From Candidatus Poribacteria bacterium (GTDB taxonomy: Bacteria; Poribacteria; WGA-4E; PCPOR2b): a DNA stretch of 64,000 nt. Under the pieces are notes generated by a model. The model saw nothing but the letters and a program-made list of their open reading frames with translations. It searched no databases and was not told the DNA's origin. The stretch covers positions 1,984,001 through 2,048,000 of the forward strand of contig OZ240245.1 in assembly GCA_965198175.1 (NCBI GenBank). The letters run 5' to 3'. The position numbers and the translations under genes are program-made. Of the stretch, positions 18,957-28,889 are shown in pieces (positions within the stretch are counted from its first letter, which is position 1; each line of letters begins with the position of its first letter).

Positions 18957-21593
18957 TCACACCTCATCTTTGATAGCGGCTTGTGCCGCCGCGAGGCGTG
19001 CAATCGGAACTCGAAACGGCGAACAACTGACATAATCCAACCCTAAACGATGGCAGAACTCCACTGAACTCGGTTCGCCGGCGTGTTCGCCGCAGATACC
19101 GATCTTGAGACCCGGGCGGGTTTGACGTCCCCGATCTGTGCCAATTTGCACGAGCTGACCCACGCCATCCTGATCGAGGATCTGGAACGGATCGTCTTCA
19201 AAGATGCCGCTCTCAACGTAATGCTCCAGAAATTTACCGGCATCATCTCGACTCAGCCCGAATGTGTTTTGCGTGAGATCGTTTGTCCCGAAGGAGAAGA
19301 ACTCCGCTGCTTCTGCGATTTCGTCGCCTGTTAAGGCAGCTCTCGGCAGCTCAATCATTGTGCCAACGAGGTATTTGACTCTGACGCCACTTCCTTTGAA
19401 TACCACTTCAGCGGTATCAATGACAATTTGGCGTTGCAACGCCAACTCTTTGACATGTCCAACTAAGGGGATCATGATCTCAGGGATGGCTTTAATCCCA
19501 CGTTTGGTTGCATCCACGGCAGCTTCAAAGATGGCACGCACCTGCATTTCCGTAATTTCTGGATAGACAATACCCAGACGACAACCACGGTGCCCCAGCA
19601 TCGGGTTTGTCTCTCGCAGCGATTCCACTTGCTTGCGCAGTGTTTCGGGGGAACAGCCGATTTTATCCGCAAGCGCTTGAATCTCCTCATCGGCATGCGG
19701 CAGAAATTCATGAAGCGGCGGGTCAAGGGTTCGGATTGTGACGGGATAGCCGTCTATTGCCTCAAAAATGCCGATGAAATCCTCCAATTGGTATGGAAGC
19801 AGCTTCGCCAATGCGCGTTTTCGCCCTTTCTCATTTCGTGCGAGAATCATTTCGCGCATCGCATCAATTCGATCTCCCTCAAAGAACATATGCTCTGTAC
19901 GGCAAAGCCCGATACCTTCTGCACCAAATTCTCTTGCCTTCTGTGCGTCCGACGGTGTATCGGCATTTGTACGAACACCAAGTTTCCTAAATTCATCCGC
20001 CCATTCCATGAGGGTCGCAAATTCATCGCTCAATGTGGGTTCAATCAAATCGACTGCCCCGGCAATAACTTCACCCGTTGACCCATTAAGCGTAATATAG
20101 TCGCCTTCCGCGAACCACAGTGTATCAACGTTAAATTCTTTCTTCGCCTGATTGACGACAATAGCGCTGCACCCAGCAACACAGCATTTTCCCATACCGC
20201 GTGCGACGACAGCGGCATGAGACGTCATTCCCCCGCGTGATGTCAGAATGCCCGCCGCCGCATACATTCCGCCGATGTCCTCTGGGGAAGTCTCTGTTCG
20301 CACTAGGATAACGTCCTCACCTTCGTGAGCCAGTTCCTCGGCGCGATTCGCAGTGAAAACGACTTTGCCGACAGCAGCCCCGGGAGAGGCGGGCAGTCCT
20401 TTCGCAATCACGTCAACGGTTGCATTGGGATCAATCATTGAATGCAACAGTTGGTCGAGATCGTTCGGTGGAACACGCATCACAGCGGTCGCCTTATCAA
20501 TGAGTCCTTCATTGACCATTTCAACAGCGATACGCACAGCTGCATGCCCCGTTCGTTTGCCTGCTCGGGTCTGAAGCATAAAGAGGCGTCCTTCTTGAAT
20601 GGTGAACTCCAGGTCCTGCATATCGCGATAGTGCGTTTCAAGCCTACCCCCAGTTTCCACCAGTTGATTGTATGCCTCTGGCAGAGTGTTGTGGAGGTCG
20701 TCAATGGGGAGCGGCGTGCGGATGCCAGCGACGACATCTTCGCCCTGCGCATTCATTAAAAACTCGCCGTAGAAGCGATTTTCCCCTGTTGATGGATTGC
20801 GCGTAAACGCAACGCCAGTCGCTGAATTTGCACCCAAGTTTCCAAAGACCATCGCTTGAACATTGACAGCGGTCTGTCCTTGATCGTCGGGGATGTTGTT
20901 CAATCGACGGTAGATAATCGCCCGTTCATTATTTGACGATTCAAACACAGCGTCACGAGCCATATCCAACTGCTGACGCACGTCTTCTGGAAAATCCGCG
21001 CCTGTCACCCGTTTGATAGCCGATCTGTACTCCGAAATGAGCTCTCTGAGATCTCGCGCCTCTAATTCGCTATCCAGTTTAACGCTCCTTGCCTCCTTCT
21101 TGGCTTCCAACAGATGCTCAAACGTATCGTGTGCCACATTGAGGACGACATTGCCAAACATCTGTACAAACCGGCGATAAGCGTCGTAAGCGAAACGATC
21201 GGAGCCCGATTTGGCAATCAAGCCCTCGACCGTGTCATCGTTCAAGCCAAGGTTGAGAATCGTGTCCATCATGCCCGGCATCGAGATTGCGGCACCCGAT
21301 CTCACAGACACGAGCAATGGATTTTCTGGATCAGCGAACTTTGCCCCCATTGCAGCTTCGAGCTTTCGTAAATATTCATCAATCTGCTGCTCAAGCCCTT
21401 CTGGATAACCTTTATGATTGGGGTAATAGAATTTGCAGACTTCAGTGGATATGGTAAAACCGGGGGGGACTGGTATGCCTAAGTTTGTCATTTCCGCGAG
21501 GTTTGCACCCTTGCCGCCCAGCAGGGCTCTCATCTCAGCGCTTCCGTCGGCTTTCCCCTCACCGAAGAAATAAACATACTTGGGTTGAGACAT
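18957..21593 (-). CDS. ppdK: Pyruvate, phosphate dikinase
   Basis: LLGGKGANLAEM, SVRSGA..SMPGMMDT, NAQGEDVVAG, phospho-His GGMTSHAAVVAR, GTNDLTQ, GICGEH. Confidence 0.98.
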   Translation of the reverse strand: MSQPKYVYFFGEGKADGSAEMRALLGGKGANLAEMTNLGIPVPPGFTISTEVCKFYYPNHKGYPEGLEQQIDEYLRKLEAAMGAKFADPENPLLVSVRSGAAISMPGMMDTILNLGLNDDTVEGLIAKSGSDRFAYDAYRRFVQMFGNVVLNVAHDTFEHLLEAKKEARSVKLDSELEARDLRELISEYRSAIKRVTGADFPEDVRQQLDMARDAVFESSNNERAIIYRRLNNIPDDQGQTAVNVQAMVFGNLGANSATGVAFTRNPSTGENRFYGEFLMNAQGEDVVAGIRTPLPIDDLHNTLPEAYNQLVETGGRLETHYRDMQDLEFTIQEGRLFMLQTRAGKRTGHAAVRIAVEMVNEGLIDKATAVMRVPPNDLDQLLHSMIDPNATVDVIAKGLPASPGAAVGKVVFTANRAEELAHEGEDVILVRTETSPEDIGGMYAAAGILTSRGGMTSHAAVVARGMGKCCVAGCSAIVVNQAKKEFNVDTLWFAEGDYITLNGSTGEVIAGAVDLIEPTLSDEFATLMEWADEFRKLGVRTNADTPSDAQKAREFGAEGIGLCRTEHMFFEGDRIDAMREMILARNEKGRKRALAKLLPYQLEDFIGIFEAIDGYPVTIRTLDPPLHEFLPHADEEIQALADKIGCSPETLRKQVESLRETNPMLGHRGCRLGIVYPEITEMQVRAIFEAAVDATKRGIKAIPEIMIPLVGHVKELALQRQIVIDTAEVVFKGSGVRVKYLVGTMIELPRAALTGDEIAEAAEFFSFGTNDLTQNTFGLSRDDAGKFLEHYVESGIFEDDPFQILDQDGVGQLVQIGTDRGRQTRPGLKIGICGEHAGEPSSVEFCHRLGLDYVSCSPFRVPIARLAAAQAAIKDEV

Positions 21594-21660
21594 CTTAACC
21601 CCTCCTTTGAGACCTTTGGTATGTGCTGAACAATAGTTACCGCTGCAACTTTGAAAATCG

Positions 21661-21692
21661 AAAAAAGAAAATCCCTCCGTGTAGGGAGGGAT
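21661..21692 (-). terminator. Intrinsic terminator ending the Pup-proteasome operon
   Basis: Stem ATCCCTCC/GGAGGGAT followed by TTTCTTTTTT on the minus strand. Confidence 0.75.
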
Positions 21693-21729
21693 AATATAAA
21701 CTCAGATTGGAAGAGACCGCCATCCTAAT

Positions 21730-23088
21730 CTAAATCGAATAAATCATACGGCTTGCTTCCTCATATTCCGCCTGCAAGGGGTCCGTTGAAAGGAAGAGCT
21801 TTTGGTAGGGTTCGTATAGTTGAATATAGCTCCAGTTGACACCGCAGAGGATCTTCCTTTCATTCGCTAATTTTACAAAACGCCCCCGGAATTTTGCACG
21901 GGTGGTTTCAGGAGGATAGTGCATAGCATGCTCAATTTGCTTATCGGTAACGATTTGCTTAACGAGATCTTTTTTTTCAAGTTTATAATACAAACCGCGA
22001 TCCGGTCGGATATTGTGGTACTGTAAATCGAGCATCATGACCTTTGCAGAATCCCATTTAAGGCGGCGTTTGGCGACATAGGTTTCAATCAATTTCTTCT
22101 TGACGACCCAATCCACTTCCCGATCTAGTTGCATAGGATCTGTTTCCAAACAGGTCAGAATGTATTCCCAAGCCGCCATAATCTGGTTTGTGATGGGATC
22201 CGATTCTTCTTGCTCAAAATAGAGTTTAGCGCAATCGAGATACTCCCGTTGAAGTTCGACCGCCGAAAGTCGTTTGCCACTCTCCAGCTCAATCTGTTGG
22301 GTACACGTTGTATCCTCTGAGATTTGCTGAATCGCTTGAACAGAATCGCGCAAAGCCAAACGTCGTTTAATAAAATTGCCTTCAATCATCCGCAGGACGA
22401 TTGAAGTGGTTCCCACCTTTAGAAAGGTAGCGAATTCAGACATATTGGAATCGCCGACGATAACGTGCAACCGTCTGTATTTTTCCCGATCTGCGTGCGG
22501 TTCATCACGCGTATTAATGATACCCCGAGCTGTTGTCGTTGCAATTGAGATTTCCTCACGAATGTGCTGTGCCCGCTGAGAAATCACGTATTTGCCTCGG
22601 TTGGTCGGTTTAACTTTGCCAGCGCCAGCAAAAACTTGTCGAGTGACGAAGAACGGAATCAGTTGTGAAGCAAGTTGACGGAAGCTGACGTGCCGTTCCA
22701 TTAGGTAGTTTTCGTGACAACCGTAGGTGTTGCCGGGGGTATCCGTGTTATTCTTGAAAACTGAGATTCTCCCAAGGAACCCATCCAATCGCATCTTACG
22801 CTCTGCAGAAACGGATAGCCGTTCAATAATCCGCTCACCAGCTTTATCATGAATCACAACATCTAATACGCTGTCGCATTCGGGGGTTGCATATTCCGGG
22901 TGGCAACCAATATCCTGATAAAATCGAGCCCCATTTTCCAGAAAAACATCCGGATACATTCTGCCTGAAATAATTTCACGGAAGAGATACATCACCGCAT
23001 TCTGAATCGATAGAGCTTTTCCACCTCGTCGATCGGATGTGCAAATAATCCCGTATTCATTTTCTAGTCCATAAATTCTACGTTTCAT
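21730..23088 (-). CDS. pafA: Pup-protein ligase
   Basis: RRIYGLENEYG, FLENGARFYQDIGCHPEYATPEC, FKNNTD..GNTYGCHENY, INTRDEPHAD..YRRLHVIVGDSNM, DLQYH, PPETTRA. Confidence 0.93.
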   Translation of the reverse strand: MKRRIYGLENEYGIICTSDRRGGKALSIQNAVMYLFREIISGRMYPDVFLENGARFYQDIGCHPEYATPECDSVLDVVIHDKAGERIIERLSVSAERKMRLDGFLGRISVFKNNTDTPGNTYGCHENYLMERHVSFRQLASQLIPFFVTRQVFAGAGKVKPTNRGKYVISQRAQHIREEISIATTTARGIINTRDEPHADREKYRRLHVIVGDSNMSEFATFLKVGTTSIVLRMIEGNFIKRRLALRDSVQAIQQISEDTTCTQQIELESGKRLSAVELQREYLDCAKLYFEQEESDPITNQIMAAWEYILTCLETDPMQLDREVDWVVKKKLIETYVAKRRLKWDSAKVMMLDLQYHNIRPDRGLYYKLEKKDLVKQIVTDKQIEHAMHYPPETTRAKFRGRFVKLANERKILCGVNWSYIQLYEPYQKLFLSTDPLQAEYEEASRMIYSI

Positions 23089-23798
23089 GGTTCTATAATC
23101 TCTCTGAGTTCATTGGGGAGGAGACGCCTGAATTTGCGTCTGTTTCTGTTTTCATCAAGGATAGCGACTTCTAGTGTGTCAGCCGAAATGTGATATCTCT
23201 CTTCCTCATCGGCCTTCGCCTCAACGGTTTTAAAGCCTTTCACAGCAAGCTTCACCGCTTCCTTCAACTCCAATCCATCTTCGTACTCGCGCTCAAGAAT
23301 CTCCGCAATTTCATCCGATCGCCCTCCAATAATCGCGTACTTCTGTTCTTCCCAAAAAGTGCCGTCAAACGAAAGCTGGTAGATTCTGTGACTCAATTCA
23401 GGGTCCGATCGAAGTTCGCAAAGAAGAAGTTCGACTTCAAATGGTTTGGTATCTAGTTGCCAGAAAATTGCTCCAATCCGCTGTGAGAAGATATTGTTAG
23501 TCAACCATTTCGCAGTGACATCTGCACGATTGAACGTATAACCCTTGATTTCTGCTTCTTGGATGCCAAGGTATCGTAGGGCTTCATATTCTGCGATACG
23601 GCCGGTAGCGGCGAGGGCAATTCGATCATAAATTTCCGAAATCTTGAAGAGTGTCGTCAGCGGGTTTTCCGCAACCATCACAATCCCATTTTGGTATTCT
23701 AGAACAATAACCTCTTTGGCTCTTTCGATGCCTGTACGGACAAAATCTGCTTTGTCCTGCATGATTTGTTCCGGCGACACATAATAAGGTGCGGACAT
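23085..23798 (-). CDS. prcA: 20S proteasome alpha subunit
   Basis: PYYVSPEQIMQDKADF, KISEIYDRI, KPFEVE, LEVAILD..R.RRKFRR; ATG 23798 with RBS AAGGAG. Confidence 0.95.
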   Translation of the reverse strand: MSAPYYVSPEQIMQDKADFVRTGIERAKEVIVLEYQNGIVMVAENPLTTLFKISEIYDRIALAATGRIAEYEALRYLGIQEAEIKGYTFNRADVTAKWLTNNIFSQRIGAIFWQLDTKPFEVELLLCELRSDPELSHRIYQLSFDGTFWEEQKYAIIGGRSDEIAEILEREYEDGLELKEAVKLAVKGFKTVEAKADEEERYHISADTLEVAILDENRNRRKFRRLLPNELREIIEP

Positions 23799-23813
23799 CA
23801 ACACTCCTTCTCG

Positions 23814-24632
23814 TTACATCTCTCTGAGGTTTTCAATTAACTCAACGTAGAGCCCCTTGACCTCTGAATCCGCAACGTCTGAAACGCCCGTTTCATCGAT
23901 GCTTTTGATTGTTGGGAAGATTCCACGAATCAAATCCGGCCCCCCTGTCCCCAAGTCCTCATCGGCAGCATCCCAAAGGGCTTCAACAACGACCTTCAAA
24001 ATCTCCTCACGGGACATATCCCTACAGTAGCGTTTTTTTAAGGTTGTCTGTGCATCCTTGCCGCCGGATCCAATAGCGTGATAATCCGCTTCTTCATATC
24101 GCCCACCGGTAACATCATATTTGTAAATTCTGGCTTGTTTCTCCTTCGAATCATAACCGGCAAAGATTGGGATGACATATAATCCCTGCAGCGCCATACC
24201 AAGATTCAATTTCACCATGTTTGACAAATGATTTGCCTTGCCTTCCAAACTCAGGGCTGTACCTTCTATTTTTTCGTAAAACTCAACCTGAACTTGGAAC
24301 AGTTCTGCCATTTCAATACATGGTCCAGCGACGCCGGCAATAGCAATTGCTGAATGGCCATCTACTTCATAAACTTTCTGGATGCGTCGTTCACCTACTT
24401 GAAACCCTTCTACGGCTTGGCGATCGCCGGCGATTACCACTCCCTCGTTATAAACAGCTGCTAACACCGTTGTGCCCTTGAGGGGATCGAGCGAAGAAGC
24501 ATGATGCTGCGCGTTCGGTAAAGACACAACAGGTAACGCCTCTGTACTGAATGCTCCATAGAGTTCAGGACGTCTCCGTTTGAGGATCTCAAGGAAATCG
24601 GAGTTTCCGAAGTCTGCCACATCTAGCAGCAC
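23814..24632 (-). CDS. prcB: 20S proteasome beta subunit
   Basis: 53-aa propeptide then KG/TTVLA (Thr nucleophile), AGDR, YEKIEG..LSLEGKAN, GSGG, DAADED.GTGGPD; GTG overlaps the pup stop. Confidence 0.95.
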   Translation of the reverse strand: MLLDVADFGNSDFLEILKRRRPELYGAFSTEALPVVSLPNAQHHASSLDPLKGTTVLAAVYNEGVVIAGDRQAVEGFQVGERRIQKVYEVDGHSAIAIAGVAGPCIEMAELFQVQVEFYEKIEGTALSLEGKANHLSNMVKLNLGMALQGLYVIPIFAGYDSKEKQARIYKYDVTGGRYEEADYHAIGSGGKDAQTTLKKRYCRDMSREEILKVVVEALWDAADEDLGTGGPDLIRGIFPTIKSIDETGVSDVADSEVKGLYVELIENLREM

Positions 24633-24829
24633 TACTGCCCTCCTCTTTGAATATAATTCTCAACAAATTCTTCTGAATCTTCTTCTAGAATTTCGTCAAT
24701 TTCGTCGAGAAGTTGCTCAAGATCTTCTTTGATTTCCTCGCCCTGTTCAGTAACTTCCGGATCAGGTTGGATTTCCTCAGCATCTTCAGTCCATTTATCT
24801 TTGTGTTCTTGCTGTTTTTCGGACGGCAT
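24632..24829 (-). CDS. pup: Prokaryotic ubiquitin-like protein Pup
   Basis: 65 aa, acidic, LLDEIDEILEEDSEEFVENYIQRGGQ* (Pup-type C-terminus ending GGQ). Confidence 0.95.
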   Translation of the reverse strand: MPSEKQQEHKDKWTEDAEEIQPDPEVTEQGEEIKEDLEQLLDEIDEILEEDSEEFVENYIQRGGQ

Positions 24830-24844
24830 TAATCTCCCCTCCTT

Positions 24845-26341
24845 TTAGAAATTGTTGTTAGAGCCAAGAATTGCATGAACAAGTTCGGATGCCGTACAGG
24901 TTCTCAAGAGATCGCCGACAATTTCGTGAGTGCCAAAGTGTGGGCGGTCCATTAAGACCTTATCTAAAGAAGAACCATCAAGAGAAAAAATCATCGAATT
25001 CCAACTCGCGCTGTGAATTTCGTGGGGGTATTTTTGTAAACACATACCCCGAAAATAGGCGCGTGTATCAACCGGCGGATGGGTGACAGCGTTAACAATT
25101 TCCTCTTGATCGAGTATTCGTTCTACCCGCCCATTTTTGAGTAGCCTAACATAGAGCCCCTTGTTTGGTCGTATATCGTGGTACTGCAAATCCATCATCC
25201 GGACGCGGGGGTGCGCCCAACTGACACCGTGACGCCGGATATAGGCGTTGATGAGATTTTGCTTAATCACCCAATCAAGATGCCGATCTAGATGCATCGG
25301 ATTAACGTCGAGCTGATCGAGAACAAACGCCCATTTTTCCATCACATCCTTCATCCCAGGCGTCAAATCCACCTTAGGAATATGCTTATGAGCTAGTTCA
25401 AGATACGCCCGCTGCACTTCGATCGGTGTCCACCTACGCCCATCTTCCAAATCGAGAGGATTTTTACATGTCAAATCTCGTGACACAGTTTTGATTGCAG
25501 CAACAGGGTCTGAGAGTTTGAAGTCATCTCCGACAACACCCATCTCAATTAGCTTCAGGGCAATTGATGTGATTCCAACTTTCAAATAGATGGTGAACTC
25601 GGACATATTGGAATCGCCAACAATAACATGCAAACGGCGGTATAGTTTTTCATCGGCGTGGGGTTCATCGCGTGTGTTGATGATTGGACGAGCCACCATA
25701 GTGCTCAACCCCACTTCCGTTTCAAAGAAATCTGCACGCTGAGAGATTTGATAATCCGTTTCCGCCGTCCCGTTCTCGGCGCCAACTTTGCCACTGCCTG
25801 TGATAGTTTGCCGCGTGACTAGAAAAGGCGTCAACCCATCAACGATGTCCTGAAAGGGTATACTCCGATTCATCAGGTAGTTTTCATGACTGCCGTAGCT
25901 ATGCCCTTTATAGTCGCTGTTATTCTTATAAATAATGATGTCCTGGTTCGCGGGCAATAGCTCTTCTGCAGCCATGCGACTTAAATCCAATATCAACTCT
26001 CCAGCCTTTTCATATTTCACAAGATCCCGGGCGTTTGTACATTCAGGCGTGCAATATTCCGGATGGGCGTGGTCAACATAGTATCGCCCGCCGTTGATAA
26101 GTATATCGTTGATGAGGCTGTTGTTCTCTTGATCGGGAGAATTAATTTCCCCCTCAGATATGAACCCCCTCGCATCCATCAATGGATTTTCCTGCTCATA
26201 ATCCCATGTGATTCCCTTCAGCCCTCGATCTTTATAGATATTTACGATGAGTGTCGAAGCCGCAACCGGATCTTGATCGCGCGCATTTTTTACCGAGATA
26301 CCATACTCGGTTTCGGTTCCAAAGATCGTCGGTGTTGTCAT
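24845..26341 (-). CDS. dop: Pup deamidase/depupylase
   Basis: GTETEYGI, WDYEQENPL.DARGF, NGGRYYVDHAHPEY, SQRADFFE.EVGL.T, PPVDTRAYFRG.C, ASW. Confidence 0.93.
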   Translation of the reverse strand: MTTPTIFGTETEYGISVKNARDQDPVAASTLIVNIYKDRGLKGITWDYEQENPLMDARGFISEGEINSPDQENNSLINDILINGGRYYVDHAHPEYCTPECTNARDLVKYEKAGELILDLSRMAAEELLPANQDIIIYKNNSDYKGHSYGSHENYLMNRSIPFQDIVDGLTPFLVTRQTITGSGKVGAENGTAETDYQISQRADFFETEVGLSTMVARPIINTRDEPHADEKLYRRLHVIVGDSNMSEFTIYLKVGITSIALKLIEMGVVGDDFKLSDPVAAIKTVSRDLTCKNPLDLEDGRRWTPIEVQRAYLELAHKHIPKVDLTPGMKDVMEKWAFVLDQLDVNPMHLDRHLDWVIKQNLINAYIRRHGVSWAHPRVRMMDLQYHDIRPNKGLYVRLLKNGRVERILDQEEIVNAVTHPPVDTRAYFRGMCLQKYPHEIHSASWNSMIFSLDGSSLDKVLMDRPHFGTHEIVGDLLRTCTASELVHAILGSNNNF

Positions 26342-26370
26342 AAGCTATTGAAAACAGATGATTGACAATT

Positions 26371-28173
26371 TTAAAGGTACGCACCACCTTTTACGACTCT
26401 CACATCTTTCCTCTTGCGATCCGGCTCGCTCATCAAAGCTCTAATATTGACAATCCGTTCGCCTTTTCGTCCTGATATCTTCGCCCAATCATCAGGATTC
26501 GTTGTGTTTGGTAAATCTTCGTTTTCCTTATATTCCTCTCGGATAGCTTGCTGGAGATCCTCAAGCGTGATACCTCTCTCCGCTTCATCGGAATTAATCA
26601 GGCGCTTGATCGCTATCTTTTTGCTGCGGGAAACAATGTTATCAATCATTGCACCGCTTACAAAATCTTTGAAATATAGTGTTTCGCGTTCACCACGCGC
26701 ATAAGTCACTTCGATGAATCTATTTTCTTCTGTTGCGGCGTACATCTCATCTACTGCTTGATTAATCATGTGCTGTATCGCTTCTTCCGGATTGTGCTCA
26801 AACTTCTCCAATTCAGACGGTGCAATGGGTAAGTCGGGGGTCAAGTATTTAGAGAAAATGTCCTTCGCGCCGTCTGCCGTGGGGCGGTCGATTTTGATCT
26901 TGATGTCCAATCTCCCAGGGCGTAAAACGGCGGGATCAAGAAGATCTTGTCGGTTACTGGCTCCAATTACAATCACATCATGCAATCCCTCGACACCATC
27001 GATCTCAGCGAGGAATGTTGGAACAACCGTCGACTCCATATCTGATGAGATACCCATCCCCCTTGATCGAAATAAAGAATCCATTTCATCAAAGAAAATG
27101 ATAACGGGCATCCCGTCTGTCGATTTTTCCTTGGCTTTCTGAAAAACTTCTCGAATCTTCCGCTCAGTCTCTCCAACATACTTATTGAGAAGCTCCGGAC
27201 CTTTGACATTTATAAAATAACCTCTGATATCATCTCGGCCTGTCTGTTGGCGCACCCGTTCCGCCAAATTATTGGCGATGGCTTTGGCAATTAAGGTTTT
27301 TCCACAGCCTGGCGGCCCATATAGCAGGATACCAACCGGGGAGGTTAAACGGAACTCCTTGTATTCATCCGGATACAAGTATGGCGTTTCAATCGCATCG
27401 CGAATTGATTCAATCTGTGGATTCAACCCACCAATATTTGCATACTTAATGTCCGGCACCTCTTCGAGTAATAGATCTTGCACCTCGGCTTTGGGAAGTT
27501 TCTCCATAACCATCCCGGTTATATGATTAAGCAGCACGTGATCGCCAGACCGAAGCGGCTCTGATTTTAGCAGATCGGAAATCTGAACAACCCGCTCTTC
27601 ATCCGCACGGAGATTCACAATTACACGGGTCTCATCAAGCATCTCCTTGACTTTGACCACCTCGCCTTGCTGGTCAAAATCCCTAACGGCAACGATGTTC
27701 ATAACACCGTTGACAATAACCTCTTGCCCTTTTTGAAGTTGCTCGGTGTTGATGTCCGGATCGACATTGACTTTCCATCTTTTGCCGGAGAGATCGATGT
27801 CAACTGTTCCGTCGTCATTGGATTGGAGAAATGCACCGTAGTTATTGGGGGGAGCGCTCAATTGTTCTACTTTTTCTTTCAGGTGCTCCAGTTTCTCCTT
27901 GGCTTCCTGAAGTGTGCTTGTCAATTTCCGATTTCGGCGGTGCGCCTGCATTAACTCGCGCGTCATTTCATAAAGCCGGATTTCGACATCGTCAGACGGG
28001 ACGGCATTTAACCGCCTTCTTAGACTATCGACTTCGCTTTCCAGAGATTCGACAGTGAACTGCAATTCACGAATCCGTGTTTCATACGAAACACGATCTG
28101 ATGAAGAAGGTGTCAGATCCAAAGTTTCCTGAATGTCTTCACGAGTTGTGGAACCTCTTTTTTTGGTAGCCAT
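26371..28173 (-). CDS. arc: Proteasome-associated AAA ATPase ARC/Mpa
   Basis: N-terminal coiled coil and OB region, LEEVPDI, GPPGCGKT, KGPELLNKYVGETER, FFDEMD, RPGRLD, NEDLPNTTNPDDWA, C-terminal GAYL. Confidence 0.96.
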   Translation of the reverse strand: MATKKRGSTTREDIQETLDLTPSSSDRVSYETRIRELQFTVESLESEVDSLRRRLNAVPSDDVEIRLYEMTRELMQAHRRNRKLTSTLQEAKEKLEHLKEKVEQLSAPPNNYGAFLQSNDDGTVDIDLSGKRWKVNVDPDINTEQLQKGQEVIVNGVMNIVAVRDFDQQGEVVKVKEMLDETRVIVNLRADEERVVQISDLLKSEPLRSGDHVLLNHITGMVMEKLPKAEVQDLLLEEVPDIKYANIGGLNPQIESIRDAIETPYLYPDEYKEFRLTSPVGILLYGPPGCGKTLIAKAIANNLAERVRQQTGRDDIRGYFINVKGPELLNKYVGETERKIREVFQKAKEKSTDGMPVIIFFDEMDSLFRSRGMGISSDMESTVVPTFLAEIDGVEGLHDVIVIGASNRQDLLDPAVLRPGRLDIKIKIDRPTADGAKDIFSKYLTPDLPIAPSELEKFEHNPEEAIQHMINQAVDEMYAATEENRFIEVTYARGERETLYFKDFVSGAMIDNIVSRSKKIAIKRLINSDEAERGITLEDLQQAIREEYKENEDLPNTTNPDDWAKISGRKGERIVNIRALMSEPDRKRKDVRVVKGGAYL

Positions 28174-28582
28174 AATAGTTACCCAACCTAATTTTTAGTA
28201 TTGCGATTAAGCTCATTAAGGGATGTCGCTAGCCGTTACAACTCTATCAGGTAAAATTGACACTCGCTATCTGATATTGCGCGTTTGCCCGTTGAACTGG
28301 GAGGAGGGAGTTTAGATTGGTAGGGCGTGCATTGAACATATCCAATTCTTCCTGTTCACTTACTTCTTAAAGATGTCTTATCAAAGCAACCAGACGGAAA
28401 ATACAACTTATGCTTGAAAATTTTCAGTAGCTAAAACTACCCACCATCCTCGACATTAGCATAATCCGTACCACGCCTAGTTGAACGTTTGCGTCAGGTT
28501 TTGTATCGAAACCGTGAAGCTTTGTCCTTCGGTGAGTGCAGCCAACAGCAGCTATCTTCCTAAAGGCTCCAAGGACAGTTAG

Positions 28583-28611
28583 ATTATAGCATTCGACTAT
28601 AATTGTGTCAA
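28583..28611 (-). promoter_or_regulatory. Consensus sigma70 promoter upstream of arc
   Basis: Perfect TTGACA-17-TATAAT on the minus strand, about 400 nt before the arc ATG. Confidence 0.75.
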
Positions 28612-28889
28612 GAAAAATATCCAGAACTAGCAGGGGTTGCGCTGTTTAGATACAGGGACGGAAGCCTTGTGGCATACCATCTCTAACGACAATTTAACCA
28701 TCGTTCAATCAGGTTGTTATCCCTCCGACATTCTTGGAGAATTCAACAATACTTTAAGGTATCTAATTCCTTAAAGTGAATCCTCAACTAAATCTTCAAA
28801 AATTGCACTCGACTGGGTATCGCGCTTCGTCGAGACTGCGACAAATCTCGGACGTTGCATTTTCCCGTTCCCTTGGTGCAACCCAATGC

